Position numbers and translations under genes: made by a program. A stretch of DNA of 64,000 nt, taken from assembly GCF_006345805.1 (NCBI RefSeq), contig NC_043008.1, forward strand, positions 14,942,001 to 15,006,000, in the 5' to 3' direction. Source of the stretch: Octopus sinensis (taxonomy: Eukaryota). Shown here one piece after another: positions 62,989 through 64,000 of the stretch. Within the stretch, counting starts at the first letter, position 1; the number at the start of each line of letters is the position of its first letter. Under the pieces are notes generated by a model. That model was not told the DNA's origin. It ran no database searches and worked only from the letters and a program-made list of their open reading frames with translations.

Positions 62989-63753
62989 AAGGCAGCGAGT
63001 TGGCAGAAACGTTAGCACGCCGAGCGAAATGTTTAGCGATATTTCGTCTGTCTTTACGTTCTGAGTTCAAATTCCGCCGTAGTCAACATGCCTTTCATAC
63101 TTTCGGGGTCGATTAAATAAGTACCAGTTACGCACTGGGGTCGATATAATCGACTTAATCTGTTTGTCTGTCCTTGTTTGTCCTCTCTGTGTTTAGCCAC
63201 TTGTGGGTAGTAAGGAAATAGGTATTTCGTCTGTCTTTACATTCTGAGTTCAAATTTCGCCGTGGTCGACTTTGCATTTCATCCTTTCGGGGTCGATAAA
63301 TTAAGTACCAGTTACGCACTGGTGTTGATGCAATCGACATAATCTGTTTGTCTGTCCTTGTTTGTCCCCTCTATGTTTAGCCCCTTGTGGGTAATAAAGA
63401 AATAAGAAACGTTAGCACGCTGAGCGAAATGTTTAGCGATATTTCGTCTGTCTTTACATTCTGAGTTCAAATTCCGCCGTGGTCGACTTTGGCTTTATCC
63501 TTTCGGGATCAATAAATTAACTGCCAGTTGCATTCTGGAGTCGATCTAATCGACTGGGCCCCTCCCACCAAATTTCGGGCCTTGTACCTATAGTAGAAAA
63601 GAATCGTTTGCACGCCGTGCGAAATGCTTAGAGGTATTTAAATAGTCTGAGTTCAAATTCCAACTTTCCTTTCATCCTTTCGTGGTTAATAAAATAAGTA
63701 TCAGTTAATCACTCCCCTGAAATTGCTGGCCTTGTGCCAAAATTTGAAATCTA
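62989..63753 (+). mobile_element. SINE family D four-unit stack with three different tails inside one 16-bp TSD
   Basis: TSD TATTACTCAGAACATA at 62973-62988 and 63754-63769; units start at 62991, 63221, 63405 and ~63600. Confidence 0.92.
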
Positions 63754-64000
63754 TATTACTCAGAACATACAAAACTAAGATTAACAAAAAACCTCAAAAA
63801 ATAAAGCATGGACGTTTACGATAAACTTATGAAAGTGATTTAGACAGACAAAACATTTCTATCTCATCATTTAAAAGGCCAGAATCGACTTGAAGTTACG
63901 ATTGAACGAAGGGTAATTGTCCAGTGTACTGTGATGGAACTCGGCACATCGAGATCGAAAACCAAACTGCGTAGCCACTTAGCTGATGCGACCATATTAT

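Overview
Repeat-saturated, AT-rich eukaryotic DNA with one 100-N gap. The SINE families and microsatellite density look like octopus/cephalopod, which is an inference. I cannot confidently identify any intact protein-coding gene, and almost every ORF in the supplied track is a microsatellite translation. Supported content: (i) several tRNA-derived SINE families, labelled A, B, C, D and F here (B/C have tRNA-Arg-like heads, D is Nin/Deu-domain-like); (ii) remnants of mariner, Tigger-like and GG-ended MITEs, Helitrons, RTE LINEs and a Penelope-like GIY-YIG element; (iii) a 68-bp satellite, minisatellites and many microsatellites; (iv) a few weak exon candidates. The most interesting signals are family-D SINEs stacked into 2-4-unit arrays at two fixed junctions inside their own head, sometimes enclosed by one target-site duplication (TSD) and with apparently older tail variants at the 3' end, and several minimal hammerhead-ribozyme-like motifs, including a ~150-bp hairpin carrying one on each strand. 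Family labels and TE superfamily names come from manual reading, not database searches.
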